From Felis catus (lineage: Eukaryota), in NCBI RefSeq assembly GCF_018350175.1, contig NC_058368.1, positions 200,510,001 through 200,574,000 of the forward strand: a stretch of 64,000 nt of DNA, read 5' to 3'. How positions within the stretch are numbered: the first letter of the stretch is position 1; the number at the start of each line of letters is the position of its first letter. The position numbers were made by a program, and so were the translations under genes. The notes beneath the pieces are model-generated. The model ran no database searches and was not told where the DNA came from. It was given only the letters and a program-made list of their open reading frames with translations. Positions 1 to 13,483 of the stretch are shown here, one piece after another.

Positions 1-2554
1 CTCAAATGAATAGTGTATAATTATAGCTGATCATTAAAAAACCCATTTCTCAAAAATTGACAGAAGAACTAAACACAAAATTAGCCAGGACAAAGAAGAA
101 CTCAAAAGACAAATTAGCCATAAGGTTTAATGGGCATTTACAGAACACTGCACCCCAAAACATCAGAATACATTTTTTTTTCAATTTCCCACAAAACTTA
201 CGGCAAGATATATCATATCATGGGACATAAAATACACCTAACCAAATTCATAAGAATTGAACTCACTGTGTTCTCTGACCACATGGAATCAAACTTGAAA
301 TCAATAATTGAAAGATAGTAAGACAATCTCCTAACACTTGGAATCTAAAATACACACTTGTAGAGAATCTTTGGGTCAGAGAGGAAGTCTTAAGGGAAAT
401 AAAAAAAAAATACACTGAGTTTAAAGCAAATGAAAATTCATCAAACTTTGTGGGGGCACAGTTAAAGCAGAGCTGAGAGGGAAACTTATAGTATCAAATG
501 CTTACATTACAAAAAAAGGAAAAGTTTCAAGTTATTATTATAACCTGCCTCAAGAGACTGGAAAACAAAGAGGAAAGTAAAATCAAAGCAGTCAGGAGGA
601 GGGAAATTATACAGATAAGAGCAGAAATCAATGGAATTGAAAATAGAGAAAATAAATGAAGCAAAAAACTAATTCTCTGAAAGATCAATAACATTGATAA
701 AACTGACAAAAGAGAAAGAGAAGACACAAATAATCAATATCATGTATGAAACAGGGGTTATCACTACAGATGGCACAGAGAGTAAAAGAAAAATAAGAAG
801 AAAATACTATGAATAGCCCTACAAACACAAATTTGATAAATTAGAAGAAATGGGCCAGTTCCTCAACAAACACAAACTACCACAACTCAAGCTAGAAAGA
901 TACATAATTTGAATAGTCCTACAACAAGTAAGTATCTCCAGGTCCAGTTAGTTCCACTGAAGAATTCTACCTAATGTTTAAAGAATTAAAACCAATTTTA
1001 TACAATCTTTCCCAGAAAGTAAGAGGAAAAGGGACACTTCCTAAATCATTTATAAGACCAGAATTTACTCTGGTATTCCAAGTTGAGACTAAAACAGTAT
1101 AAAAAAATACGGATTGATACCCCTCATGATTATAGGTGCAAAATCCTTAACAAAATGTTAGTAAATGAAACTCAGTAGTTTAGATGAGTGATTATATACT
1201 ATGACAAAGTGAACTTTATTCCAAAGATGCAAACTTGGCTCAGTATACAAAAGTCTATCAATACAATCATTTGACAATATTCAACATCAATTTATGATTA
1301 GAAAAAGGAAAAAAAAATCTTAGAAAAATATGAATAGAGAAGGATTTCCTCAAGTTGATTTTTAAAAGTTTCCAAAAGCTTATAGGTAACATTATTCTTA
1401 ATGGAGAAATATTGAATGTTTGGTCTCTAATAAAGGACAAGGCAAAGAAGTCTTTTACTACTCTTAATAAGTGTTGGAAGTTTTAGAAAGCAAAAAAAAA
1501 AAAAAAAAAAAAAACCAAAAAAAAAAAAAGGGAAATAAAAAGTATGCAGTTTGGAAAGGTAGAATGAAACTGTCTCAATTTACCAATGATACAAATTCTG
1601 GATAGAAAATCCTAAGGAATCTATAAAAAACACTCCTAGAACTAATAAGTGAATTCAGCAAGTTTGGGAGATACAAGTTAAATATATAAAAATTAACTAT
1701 TTGTCTTTATACTAGTAGTGAACACTGACAATAAAAATACATTATCATTTATAATCACTCAAAAAAAATGAAATATTTAGGTGTAAATCTAAGCAAGTTT
1801 ATGTAGGACTTGTATGCTAAAAACTGCAAAATGCTAAAGAAATAAATCAGATTTAGATAAATGGAGAGAGACTTATTGTATCCATGGATTGAGAGACAAC
1901 ATAATAAGAAGTCAGCTCTCACTAAACTGATCTATATACTTACTGCAATTGCCCTCAAAATCTCAGCAAACTTTTTTATAGACATAGTTAAGATTTTTCT
2001 AAAAGTATATAGAAATTGGGGCGTCTGGGTGGCTCAGTCGGTTAAGAGTCCGACTTCGGCTCAGGTCACGATCTCGCGGTCCACGAGTTCGAGCCCCGCG
2101 TCGGGCTCTGGGCTGATGGCTCAGAGCCTGGAGCCTGCTTCCAATTCTGTGTCTCCCTCTCTCTCTGCCCCTCCCCCGTTCATGCTGTGTCTCTCTCTGT
2201 CTCAAAAATAAATAAATAAACGTTAAAAAAAATAAAAAATAAAAAGAAACTGAAAGGAAATAGAATGGCAAAAATATTTGGGAAAGAAAGAATAAAGTTA
2301 AAGGAATCATTCTATCTAATTTCAAGGCAGTATGTAGCTATAGTACTCCAGACTGTGGTTTTAATAGAATAGACACATAGATCATTGGAACAGAATGAAG
2401 AACCCAGAACTAGAACCACATAAATATGCCCAAATGATATTTTCTCAAAGCTGCAAAAGCAATTCAATGAATCATTTTGGGCAGTTGGGACCTCCATAGG
2501 TTAAACAAACTAACTTTTACTATATCTCATAACTTATAAAAATTGGCTCAAAAT
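1..2554 (+). mobile_element. Old L1 ORF2 relic (EN through RT region)
   Basis: ORF 130..318 resembles the L1 endonuclease C-terminal part (IYRTLHP...SDH); A-rich sense strand. Confidence 0.9.
2018..2246 (+). mobile_element. CAN-SINE (SINEC_Fc-type)
   Basis: GGGGCGTCTGGGTGGCTCAGTCGGTTAAG head, CT tract, A tail. Confidence 0.97.
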
Positions 2555-3728
2555 ATTGCCCAGTTTGTTGGCATATAATTTTTAATAATACTCTCTTATA
2601 ATTGTTTGTATTTCTGTGGTGTTATTTGTGATCTCTCCTCTTTCATTCATGATTTTATTTATTTGGGTTCTTTCTATTTTCTTTTTGGTAAATTTGGCTA
2701 GGGGGTTATCAACTTTACTAGCTCTTAGGTTTTTTTTGTTGTTGTTGTTTTGTTTATTTGTGTTTTTTTTCATCTGTTTTGTTTTGTTGTTGTTTTGCTT
2801 CTATATCATTTATTTCTGCTCTAATCTTTATTATTTCCCTTCTTCAGCTCGTTTTAGGCTTTATTTGCTATACCTTTTCTGTCTCCTTTAAGTGTAAGGT
2901 TAGGTTGTGTATTTGAGATTTTTCTTGCTTTTGATATAGGCCTGTATTGCTATATACTTCCCTCTTATGACTGCCCTTGTTGCATTCCCAAAATTTTGGC
3001 ATGTTGTGTTTTCATGTTTTCATTTGCATTTGCTTCCATGTATTTTAAATCTTCTTTTTTAAATATTTATTTACTTTTGAGAGAGAGAGAGGAAGAGAGA
3101 GAGAGAGAGCACACACACATGAGTGGGGGAGGGGCAGAGAGAGGGGAGAACAGAGGATCTGAAGGGGGCTCTGTGCAGAGCAGCAAGCCCCATGTGGGGC
3201 TTGAACTCACGAACCAAGAGATAATGATCTGAGCCAAATTCAGGTGCTTCATTGACTGAACTGCCCAGGTGCTCCCCACCCCCATGTACTTTTTATTTCT
3301 TCTTTAACTTCCTGGTTAACACTTTCATCCTTTAGAAAGATGTTCTTTAATCTCCGTGTATTTGTGGTCTTTCCAATTTTTTTTTTCTTATGATTGACCT
3401 CAAGTTTCATAGTGTTGTACTCTGAAAATATGCATGGTATGATCTCAATCCTTTTGTACTTGTTGAGGCCTGATTTGCGACCTAGCATGTGATCTCTTTG
3501 GAGAATATTCCATATGTACTTGAAAAGAGGGTGTATTCTGCTGCTTTAGGATGAAATGTTCTGAATATATCTGTTAAGTCCACCTGGCCCAGTGTGTCAT
3601 ACAAAGCCACTGTTTACTTTCTGATTTTCTGCTTAGATGATCAGTCCAATGTTGTACGTGGAGTTTTAAAGTCCCCACTATTATTGTATTATTATCAATG
3701 AGTTTCTTTATGTTTGTTATTAATTAAT
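2555..3728 (-). mobile_element. Carnivore L1 ORF2 internal fragment inserted into the older L1
   Basis: Minus-strand translation gives NNTIIVGDF ... EIQTIIREYY. Confidence 0.9.
3053..3277 (-). mobile_element. CAN-SINE
   Basis: Reverse-complement SINE head and GA tract. Confidence 0.9.
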
Positions 3729-4800
3729 AAATTGCAAACTTAAATATAAACATAAAACTGTAACAGCTTTAGAAAAAGATAGGGAAAAAAACACTTAGGA
3801 CTTAGAACAAAGCAAAAAGTTCCTGTACTTCACACCAAAACATAATTCATAAAGTGATAAACTGATAAATTTCATCAGAATTTAAAACTTTTTCCTCTAA
3901 AAGACCCTGCTAATAAGATGAAAAGACAAACCACAGACCAGGAAAAAATTTTTGCACACTACACATACAACATAGTACTGAGTATTTATAGTATTTAAAG
4001 CACTCCCAAACTCAACAGTAAAATCCAGTAACAACCCAGTTAGAAAATGGGAAAAAGACCATGAAGAGACATTTAAGAAATGCAAGATATAATAGGGAAT
4101 ACAGATGTGTAAATAAACATATCTAAAAATCTTAAACATTAGCTTTATGGTAATGCAAATTAACACCGCAATGAGATATTACCCACATATCAGAATAGCT
4201 AAGATAGAAAATAGTGACAACACCACACCATGGCCAAGATGTGAAGAACCTGTGTCACCCAGACATTAGTGGCGAGATTGTGAAATTGTACAGCCACACT
4301 GGAAAACAATTTTGAAGTTTCTTCAAAAAAATTGAACATGTAACTACCACATGGCTTCCCTATTGAGCATTTATCCTTGGGAGATTAAAGCTTATGTTTA
4401 CATAAAAACTTGTTCATAAATGATAGCAGCTTTATTCATAAAGCTGGAAAACAACCCAGATGTCCTTAGATAAGTGAGTGGTGTATACATACCGCAGAAT
4501 ACTACTTATGAATAAAAAGAAATGAACTACTGATACACTCATAGCAAGGATGAATCTCCTGAGAATCATGCTGAGTGAAAGAAACCATTCCAAAAGCTTA
4601 CATTCTGTATGATCCTATTTATATAACACTATCAAAATGACAAAATTATATAAATGAACATTTCTGTAGAACTTCACAGTGGTTACCAGGTGATAAGGAG
4701 GGTGTGGTTGAGAGTGAAGTGATTATGGCATGGCGATATAAGGGATTTATGTGGTGATGAAAATATTGTCCATCTCAACTGTAGCAATGTCAGCATCTTC
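3729..4800 (+). mobile_element. Continuation of the old L1 (ORF2 3' part and 3' UTR)
   Basis: Resumes colinearly from position 2554. Confidence 0.85.
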
Positions 4801-5098
4801 AAATATAAATGAATGAATGAATGAATGAATGAATGAATAAACTATGCATGAATAAAAAATGAATAAAGTAATACTGGGATAAGGAGGTAACAAAAAATAA
4901 AATTAGAACCCTACCCCAATCTTGGGACAAAAATTCATTATAAATAGATCCAAGATTCATACAATTTATAGGTATATATGGCCTAGATTAAGAAAATATA
5001 GGCCAAATTTTTAAGAATCACAAAATGAGTATAACCTTTCCAAGTAATACATTAAATAAAAATCCATAGAGTAATAATCCTTGTAGATACTAGGACCA

Positions 5099-5312
5099 GG
5101 GGTGCCTGGGTGGCTATGTTGGTCAAACATCTGACTCTTGATTTAGGTTCAGGCATGATCTCATGGGTTGTGAGAGTGAGCACTACATCAGGCTCTGCCC
5201 TGACAGCACAGAGCTTGCTTGGAATTCTCTCCTCTCTCTGCCCCTCCCCTGCTTCCCCGCTTGTGTTCTCTGTCTCTCAAAAAGTAAAATGTAACATTTA
5301 AAAAAAAAAAAA
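5099..5312 (+). mobile_element. CAN-SINE (older)
   Basis: GGGGTGCCTGGGTGGCT head, A tail. Confidence 0.9.
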
Positions 5313-6175
5313 GAAAATAGTACATAAAGTTGAAATTACAAACTAAAAAAATGAAATAAAAAAGCCATTCAATGTAAAATGAAGAGTAAATTCCCTTACT
5401 TAAAAAACTCATTCAAAAGACTTTTTATTATTAAAAAGAAGTTGCAGAAAAAATATGAAGATCCATGGAACAATGAACTGAACTTTGTTCAGATTGAAGT
5501 GGCCTTTTAATATACTCTGGAAATGTAAACAGATGCAATGCCTCTGGGGAAAAATTTATACTGTCCATCAGAATTCAAAATGTGTGTATCTAGCAACCTC
5601 ACTGCTATGAATTTAACTAAAATATATACTCACAGAAATTCATTGTGGTGAATTGCATCATAATTTGTAATATCAATGTTACAAATAATTGAGAACTGGT
5701 TTAATTAAGCATGATGCATCCGTAAAAAACCATGATGGCATTGTATTTAAAAGTGATAATTCTGTTATGTGTAAATAAGCAAATGAGCAGAAAAAATACA
5801 TGTAGTATGGCAAAGTGTAGAAAAATATGTATCCCAAATTATCTCTGTATAATTCTTTTAGAAAGGAGTATGTTAGTGGGCACATACATATAGTTATACA
5901 CATTTTTCACATTAAAATTACATGAAAATGATGTTTGGGGCAATGGAAGACTTTCATCTTTCATCTATTTACAATACTTGATTATTCTATTCTTAACTAT
6001 GTATTACATTTATTTATTTATTTGTTTGTAAAAAAAACACAGGCACATGCAAAATAGAATTATAAACTGAACTCCTGCAACCCATCATTCAGGTTAAAAA
6101 ATAAAAAAAACTTGTCAGTCTTCTTTCTTCTGGGTCTCTCTGCCCATACCTGACACTTTTTATAGTTAAATCTAG

Positions 6176-6245
6176 GGGGCACCTGGTTGGTTCAGTAGGT
6201 ACGGCATCAGACTCTTGATCTTGGGACTGTAAATTCAAGCCCCAT
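6176..6245 (+). mobile_element. Truncated CAN-SINE 5' (tRNA-like) part
   Basis: GGGGCACCTGGTTGGTTCAGTAGG...TTCAAGCCCCA. Confidence 0.7.
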
Positions 6246-7559
6246 CCTTCATCTATGAAGGATGATGAACAGAGGCCATGTCTTTGTGCTACATTTCTTT
6301 CTAATCTTCTAAAAATCCTTTTTATTCCTCCATTCTTTCAACAAATCCCATTCTTATCTCATCAAATAATTAAGGAAAAAAAACTAACTCTAAAATATTT
6401 TTCAACTTGATATATTTTATATTTCTATAGAAATTATGTTAAGAAATTCACAGAACCTGAAAAGTCAACAGGCAAAATATTAAGATTCCTACTTTTATTT
6501 TAAACAACAAAAGAAGTCATGCCTATATAAGAGTTAGTTTCCTCATGTCTAGATCAAAAGCATATTGTTTTTTAAAGAAGTTAAACAAAAATAAAACAGG
6601 AAGCACAGAGAAAGGCAGGTTATTCTGTGTTGGGATTGTCCCGAATTTGAAATTTAGGTGTTGAACTATTTGGAAAAATCTCTAGGCTTTCTGCCATCAT
6701 AGGGTAAAAGTTAAACTGGATGTAAATATAGATACAGATATCGATTCAGATGTAGATATTGTGTAAATTTTCTAGGGCTGCCATAACAAAGCAGCTAAAT
6801 TCTAAGACCCATATGGATAATGACATGAATATTTATGCTGTTGCCAGTGCTTATATCTTAATAAATACTGGTTGAATCGATGAGTAAACAGCTGACCTAC
6901 TAATGAGAGAAACTTAGTGAAGTTATTCTTCTATAATGCCTAGATTGCATGTGGCTTATTTACTAACTTTATTTAGATATTTAGGATAAGTATTTAGCAA
7001 CTACTCTTTATCCAAACTAAATAATATCTTGTAGTCTTATGGTGTGTTTATCATTCTGGTTATCATTGCAATCCATAACAATGCATGTAAATCCTGGTTT
7101 TGTCTTCTCATTTGGAAAACAGATACACAATCAAAAAAGGCATAAAAGCTATTGTTGATTTTAAAAGTTGCATGTTTTTAAATTTCTGGTTTGAAAAAAT
7201 AATAATAAAGCAATTATTTGAAGCAAATGTTACAAATAAACCACAATCCAAAGTAAGAATCTTATTAAAATATTCACTGGACATTTGCATATACAGATAT
7301 AGCTAAATAAATTTCTATAGCAAGTACAGTAGCATTTTCCTTAATAAAGTATTCAGTTATAGATGTAATTCTAAATCAATAATCGTATAAATTAAATCTA
7401 GAATGACAATGTTAAGTTAATAGCACTGACATAGATACATGAATCTCCAATTTGGTAGAAAGCCATTCAAATTATTAGATACAGTATGTTATATATTAAA
7501 TATATTAAATGTTTGTATACATTTGTATATATAACTGATCCTGCATTTTCTGAGTTTAC

Positions 7560-7685
7560 TAGTCACATGTTTTAGTGAAGAGCATTTCCTCTCCTTCTAT
7601 GAAGCTTTCTGGCCAATGGAATCATGACAGCAATTGAACTTGACAAAGTCCATGTGTTGGCCTATGAAAGAAGGATGAGGCAGTC
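7560..7685 (-). pseudogene. Candidate exon remnant
   Basis: ttttgacag acceptor and gtaaac donor; GC-richer island in AT-rich DNA. Confidence 0.35.
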
Positions 7686-8162
7686 CTGTCAAAATGCCAT
7701 AAACAAAATCCCACATCAGAGATAAGCTTGCAATTACACTTCAGTAAGTCAGAAAAACAAGGGAAGTTAGGCTGATTTTGAAAAAAGCCATTCTTTCTTT
7801 GTAAAAAGTAAACAGTCTTTCAAATGGGATTTGAAAGCAATTGTTTTATATAAAACTATAAGTCATAAGCACCACCTGTCACCAAAGCTCACTCAAGAAA
7901 TATATAATGTTTCATCTTTACAGTGTTGATTAACTAAAGCAATAACACCCACACTTCACACAAATAAAATTGTAAAGTGATGTTTAAGTACTTAGTTTCA
8001 AGCATGTCTCTAAAATGTTTTGTATACCATAGAGATTTTCAAAAACTTATGCTTGCTATCTTCTCTAAAGAAATTTATTTAAATATCCATGTGCAATAAT
8101 GAAGTATGCATATTTCAAGTCAATAAAGAGCACTTTTGCTTCAGCAAATGGGTTTGTACCAC

Positions 8163-8280
8163 CTAGAACTGAAGTTTTTCTCTTGTAAATCGACTTCATT
8201 GATGCAGAAGTAACCCTATAATTTATATGACATATTTTGTATGTCTCTCAGCCAGACATAATTACAGAATATAAAATAAC
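8163..8280 (-). pseudogene. Candidate exon remnant: GYFIFCNYVWLRDIQNMSYKL*GYFCINEVDLQEKNFSS
   Basis: catacag acceptor and TAG|gtggta donor; one stop. Confidence 0.4.
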
Positions 8281-8329
8281 CTGTATGCCTTGAGGAAATT
8301 ATTTCTAACTGCTGGATATTATATTCTGC

Positions 8330-8442
8330 TATGGTGACCAACCATTCCAATTTGTCTGTGACTGAGGGGTTTCCTGGATGTGGGACTTTCATTGCTAACA
8401 CCAGCGCAGTTCTAGGCAAACTGAGATGGCTGGTCACCCAGT
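8330..8442. mobile_element. MER81-like hAT MITE
   Basis: Terminal inverted repeats GGTGACCA...TGGTCACCC, ~113 bp. Confidence 0.8.
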
Positions 8443-8510
8443 GTCAACATGTAGGGAATTTTATTATAAGTAAGGAAAACGAACCAACCAAAAACCAAGA
8501 ACTGCAGTAC

Positions 8511-8699
8511 CAACAATAAAAATCATGTCCTAGAACCAGTATTCATTCAGTCTTAACTTTGTCCTGTTAGAGAAAGCTTTCGGACGGAAGAAAAATATAA
8601 CGTTGTCTCTGGCTAAAATGCTGACTGTTCCCAGCAAAGATAAGGCTGCTAATGACATTAGGAACATTCACTTTGGTCTCTAAGACCAATAAATTCTGC
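8511..8699 (-). pseudogene. Candidate further exon remnant: QNLLVLETKVNVPNVISSLIFAG...ILVLGHDFIV
   Basis: tttttaatag acceptor and TTG|gtactg donor; 2 stops in 62 codons; phase matches the next candidate. Confidence 0.45.
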
Positions 8700-9199
8700 C
8701 TATTAAAAATCTCTTGAATCTCATGAATCTGTCCTACTCTCCACATTTTCTACTGCCATTACCTTTATTTATATCTTCATTATTGCTCACCTAGACCTTT
8801 GAAATTGTCCCATGCTTTAATTTTTTACCTTTCAATTCTCATAGCAGCTGGAATGATTCTTAAATTAATTTTAAACAAATCCTATTATGTTATTAGCATA
8901 TAATATCAGTTATTACTATAAGTGATCATATATTGTGTAAATATGACACAGTAGTTTGCTTTTTTGACATTTCAATAAATAATATTGTGCATATCTATTT
9001 GAGCATACATGGAAAAATCTCGGTTAAATATTTTTAATTAAATGTTTTTAGCATAATGCAGATTCACATGCAGCTGCACTAAATAATTTATAAACACCCT
9101 ATGTACCATTTACTCAGTTTCTTTCAATGATTAACATCTTGTAAAACTGTATTACAATATAGCATGGGTAAAGCATGGAAAACAAACTTCCTAGGTATT

Positions 9200-10100
9200 G
9201 ACGATGATATACCACTGACGAATAAGTAAGACAAGTCATTTCTCCTCACTGAATTTACATTATATTAGGGAGGGCCAGAGAGTAACCGAAGAGAGAATTA
9301 ATGTTTTATAAGTTAGATAATAAGCATGAATGTAGCAAGTGTATGGACATTGAGTGTAAGGAAGTTCCCCACACTTAGGGGAAAAAAATGTAAAGACCGC
9401 AATGAAAGAGTTGACATTGTGGGTATGAATTAGAGGTAAATTAATGTTACCAAAGAGGAAGTGTAAGAGGTGAGTTAGAGGGAATGGGAGAAAACACCTG
9501 AAATTGTTTTATTAAATTTTGCAAGAATTTTGAGGTTTATTCTGCGAGCAACGGAACCATTATTGAGTTTTCAAAGGATAGTAGTGTAATCTAATTTACC
9601 TTTAGGAACATTAAGTGTGCCTGTCATGTTGAGACTATACTGGGGAGAGGGAAAAGACCAGAAGAAAAGAGACTGTTTAGTAGGCTACTGAAAACTCCAT
9701 GAAATAGATGATGCTGTTTTGGATTAGAGTGTAGGTCATGGTAGTATTAAGAAGCGATTGGAAGCTGGAAATGTTCTGAAGCTAGAGTGACAGGATTTGT
9801 TGATAGTTTTGCTATTGGAAGTGAAAGAAAGAGAGGAATCAAGTATGGCTCAAACATATTTAGCCAGAGCCCCTTGTAGTCTGATGTTTCCTTTTATGGA
9901 ATCAGGAGAGATTGCTGAAGGAGCAGGCTTGCCGGGAATAGGAATCAAAGGTTTGGTTTGGGCATGTTTAGTTTGAGATACTTTGTAGATGTCTAAATTA
10001 AAATATAGAACACTGGATAGAGGAAGGAGAGATAAAAATTTGGGAGTGATCAGCCACAAAATTAGATGACATCACCTGGGGAGCATATAAAGAAAGAATA
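9200..10100 (-). mobile_element. L2 relic
   Basis: Recognisable L2 antisense motifs; boundaries approximate. Confidence 0.7.
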
Positions 10101-10280
10101 GGTGTCTTCACATCAGTTAGTAAAGACGGTGGTAGCAGGGGGACAAAAAGTTGGAAAAACAAAATAAAAGCAAAGCTTTTAAGAATATAAGAACTATGTT
10201 AGCTTCTGGACTGTAAAAAGCAGAAAATAATAGTTTCTTTAAAAGTTATTTTAGAGAGTGCATTAGATCAAACCAGTTAC

Positions 10281-10418
10281 TATCCTTGGATTATTGGGCT
10301 CAGTTTTCAAATTTGAGGGAAATTGTATGATTTCCAGAGGAGATTCGGGTGCTTTGGCTTTTCTCAGACTGCATTCAATGAGCTCTTCCCCAAACGAATA
10401 TCAAGAAAGAATCTATCC
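10281..10418 (-). pseudogene. Exon remnant: DRFFLDIRL / GEELIECSLRKAKAPESPLEIIQFPSNLKTEPNNPRI
   Basis: ctctattttcag acceptor and gtaact donor; resembles the GREB1L C-terminus WQFRLRDEFQTA...DKPLYFL. Confidence 0.6.
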
Positions 10419-10559
10419 CTGAAAATAGAGGGCGTAGAAGCTGGGGAGGCAAAAATGTGAGATGTGCATTACAGCTTCATATTTTACAATTACTATGATC
10501 TAAACACCATTATGTACTCTACAAGATCCTACTAAACTAGACTGTCTTCCTTGACAAGA

Positions 10560-10920
10560 TTTTTCACATGTAACTCTGGTCCCTCACACGATGGTCGGGC
10601 CACCCTAGCCTTTTCAGGTTTCTTCTTTTATGTTTTAGGCTTTTTTTTTTATATCCACCTTTTTGAATTTCAGGGCTCAACCAAAATACCATCTTTCTCT
10701 GTAAATCCTATTTAAAGCAACTGGCCCCCTTCCACAGTTCCTCTTATCATATTATGCTTCTATTTCTTTTGTGACATTTAGAAATGATCTAGTTTCATCT
10801 TGCCAGTCATCCCTGTCAAAACATAAGCCTGTAGAAGGTATGGATTTTATCTCTTTAGTTCACTGATCTATCTCAGAACCTAGGCATTATCTGTAACATA
10901 GGAGTCGTTCAATAAATTTA
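10560..10920 (+). mobile_element. L2 3' end relic
   Basis: Ends in a ...gttcaataaat-like L2 terminus. Confidence 0.6.
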
Positions 10921-10984
10921 GGTAGAGTACATTAAATTGCTAATTCACCTGAACTGAAGACCTAGTTTCTGGTTCTTCTTTTCC

Positions 10985-11165
10985 AACATTTCTCAAACTA
11001 CAGCTTCCAAATCATTTGAATCAAAGCCTTGGGGTGTTGATTAAAAGTATAGATACCTTGGTCTCATTCTAGACTGACAAACTGAAATTCTAGGATTGGA
11101 CCATAGCAGCATGCATTTAAACTAGAACACAATGATTCTTAGAGAATCTAAAATTTGTGACCATA
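10985..11165. mobile_element. MER5-like hAT-Charlie relic
   Basis: tttctcaaact...aaatttgtgacca ends. Confidence 0.6.
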
Positions 11166-11409
11166 CTTATTTAAAAATCCATTTATTGAATACTTAAGAT
11201 ATTACATGGTATTACATTAATTCCTTATAAAGGATACAAAATTAGAAGCAATACTAAAGGATACAAAATTAGAAGGAATACTCACTATATCAAGTAGCTC
11301 ACAGTTGATGGCCAGTGAGTACCAAATGACAAAAATAATGTGAAGATAACTGCTGAAAATAGATTTACTGTGCAATGCAATAGAACCATAAACATTTATT
11401 TTCAAAAAA

Positions 11410-11626
11410 ATTTTAATGTTTATTTATTTTTGAGAGAGAGAGAGAGGGAGAGAGAGAGAGTGAGCAGGGGAGGGGCAGAGAGAGTGGGAGACACTGGACT
11501 GGAAGCAGGCTCCAGGCTCCACGCTGTCAGCACAGAGCCTGATACGGAGCTGGGAACTCATGAACCATGAGATCATGACCTGAGCCAAAGTCGGTCACTT
11601 AACCAACTGACCCACCCAGGTGCCCC
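11410..11626 (-). mobile_element. CAN-SINE
   Basis: TSD tattttcaaa. Confidence 0.95.
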
Positions 11627-11789
11627 TATTTTCAAATTCTTATATGACATCATGTGCTCTGGGTTGAATCACTTTTTAGACTTTTCAAGAATCTTAGTAC
11701 ACGCACTAGCCCTGACATAGTCAGTGCTCAATAATTAGATCTTAAATATAAATAAAGACTAAAAGACTACTGTAAAAATAACATTAAAG

Positions 11790-12045
11790 AGGTAAATTAA
11801 TTTCAAAAATATAATTTATTTAAATAAAATATATTTAAAGTATTGTCATTTTATCCTGTAATTATTACTAAACTCTTATTATTCATGAGATATTTTATTT
11901 CCTTTATAATTTTATTCTTTTTTCCTTTATATAAGATTTTGTAGTCCAATGTGATTTTTCACACTTACAGCACATCTCAATTTGGATTAGCTACATTTCA
12001 AGGGCTCAAGAGACACATGTAGCTATATTAGATAGTAGAGCTCTA
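11790..12045. mobile_element. MER3/MER33-like hAT-Charlie relic
   Basis: acacttacagcacatctcaatttggattagctacatttcaag motif. Confidence 0.7.
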
Positions 12046-12289
12046 GAACCTCATCTCTAATTTTAGAATATTTTAATGCTAGGCTTTTTCAATCATAAGT
12101 TACTTTCAGAATGCACTGGTTTTGAAAATAAAAATCAATAGAACCTAGACTGAATGAAGTATTAAGCTATAAGTGTATTTTTATCCAATACCATAACACC
12201 CAAACATGGGCATATAAAAGTTTGTAATCCTCTCTTTAATAGGAAAAAGATAGGGAAATTATCTGGCTTTAAATGTGTATTTTCCATAC

Positions 12290-12398
12290 TGAGTCACATT
12301 GTTCTTGAGCCACTCTCTCTCATTGACAGTGATATCAGAAACAGAGATAAATGTGTTTGAATGCAGAAATGTAAATATACACAAGATATAACTGAAAC
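12290..12398 (-). pseudogene. Exon remnant, open: FSYILCIFTFLHSNTFISVSDITVNEREWLKNNVT
   Basis: aaatgtcag acceptor and CA|gtatgg donor; NEREWLKNNVT~GREB1L QDRSSLRQTIV. Confidence 0.6.
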
Positions 12399-12507
12399 CT
12401 GACATTTAAAAAGCCAAGTTAGTACTTTCTAATTCAAACTATTTTCTTTCCAGTTAGCTCTAAGTTAAATCTCTTTCCTCAGGATTTTGTTTTATTGACA
12501 CACTTAC

Positions 12508-12730
12508 TCTTTTCCCCTAAGATCATTCAAGGCTACTTGTAGCTTATAGGCCTCGTAATGAAGAAAGTGAATTTCTCCTTTTGTGCTATTTTATGGTCTA
12601 TACTGTATTCACTACCTAAATGTCTTTAGCTAAGTTATCAGAGTATGGTGGAGACCCATTTTTCTCCCCTTGCTTCCTTGTTTCTTGCCTTGGCTTTTGC
12701 TGGCACTCAGATATTGCCATTAAGAACGCA
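12508..12730 (-). pseudogene. Probable exon remnant
   Basis: AGA|gtaagt donor in phase with the next exon; coding-like purine bias; acceptor unclear. Confidence 0.45.
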
Positions 12731-13483
12731 TTTAAAAAATTATTTTAAAAACAATCATTTCATGTTATTTAAATTTTCCCTCCAAGTATTATTATATTTT
12801 GGATGATTGTATAAATTTTAAGAAAAAATAACATCAAAAAGAGAGAGAGAGAAAGAGAAAAACCGAGAGCAAATGCTTTTTGACACTTCCTCTTAAAGGT
12901 CTTATCAACCTCAAGTCATTTTGGGCTTTAGTAATACCCCTAACATTTTTCTTAAAATGAAGATATTTGTCCATTTGAAATTATCTTTTAGTGCTGGTGG
13001 ACAAAAATAAATCAATCCTTAGCTATAATGATTTAAAGTCTTTGAACTTTTCAAACTAAACCAAATGTGATATGACTTATCCTTCCGTCTTATAGCTATT
13101 ATTCTAACACAGTTCACTTTAATGACACTCTTTCCACAGAATCATCATCTGTTTTTGACCCTTTTAACTTAGTTCTTACTCAGTTCTTGCCAGAAAATTA
13201 TTTCCCCTTTTCCAAACGATCATTTCTAGAACTAGTATTTTTCTCTCTTTGGAAGACTGACTGACAGTTGTTTCCCTCCAACTCTTAGAGTTTTAACTTT
13301 GTTATTACAACCCAAAGTGTATCAGGTGTATACCAGTTTTCTGATGATTTTATGTACAGAAAAATATTTTAGTGCTTTAAGTATTTTTTTAATATATGAA
13401 GGGACAGAATTACAATGATTTTACTACATTTTATTTGTCCTGTTTTGATTTATGTATGTAATCCATTTTTACTAGCCACTCTC

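Noticed and set aside
1861..2325. ORFs over 100 aa (also 14018-14440 in part, 34232-34654, 26430-26678, 52198-52395)
   Set aside because: They read through CAN-SINE sequence (recurrent AQSVKRPTSAQV and RERGRHRI peptides), so they are not genes.
7576..7743. Plus-strand exon-like segment with a gtaagt donor (another donor at ~31333)
   Set aside because: Stops in all frames and no partner exons; an antisense non-coding transcript cannot be supported from sequence alone.
11228..11282. Short tandem duplications (also ~18937-18988, 58857-58912, 63077-63124)
   Set aside because: Ordinary 2-3 copy slippage duplications with no spacer structure; not CRISPR-like.
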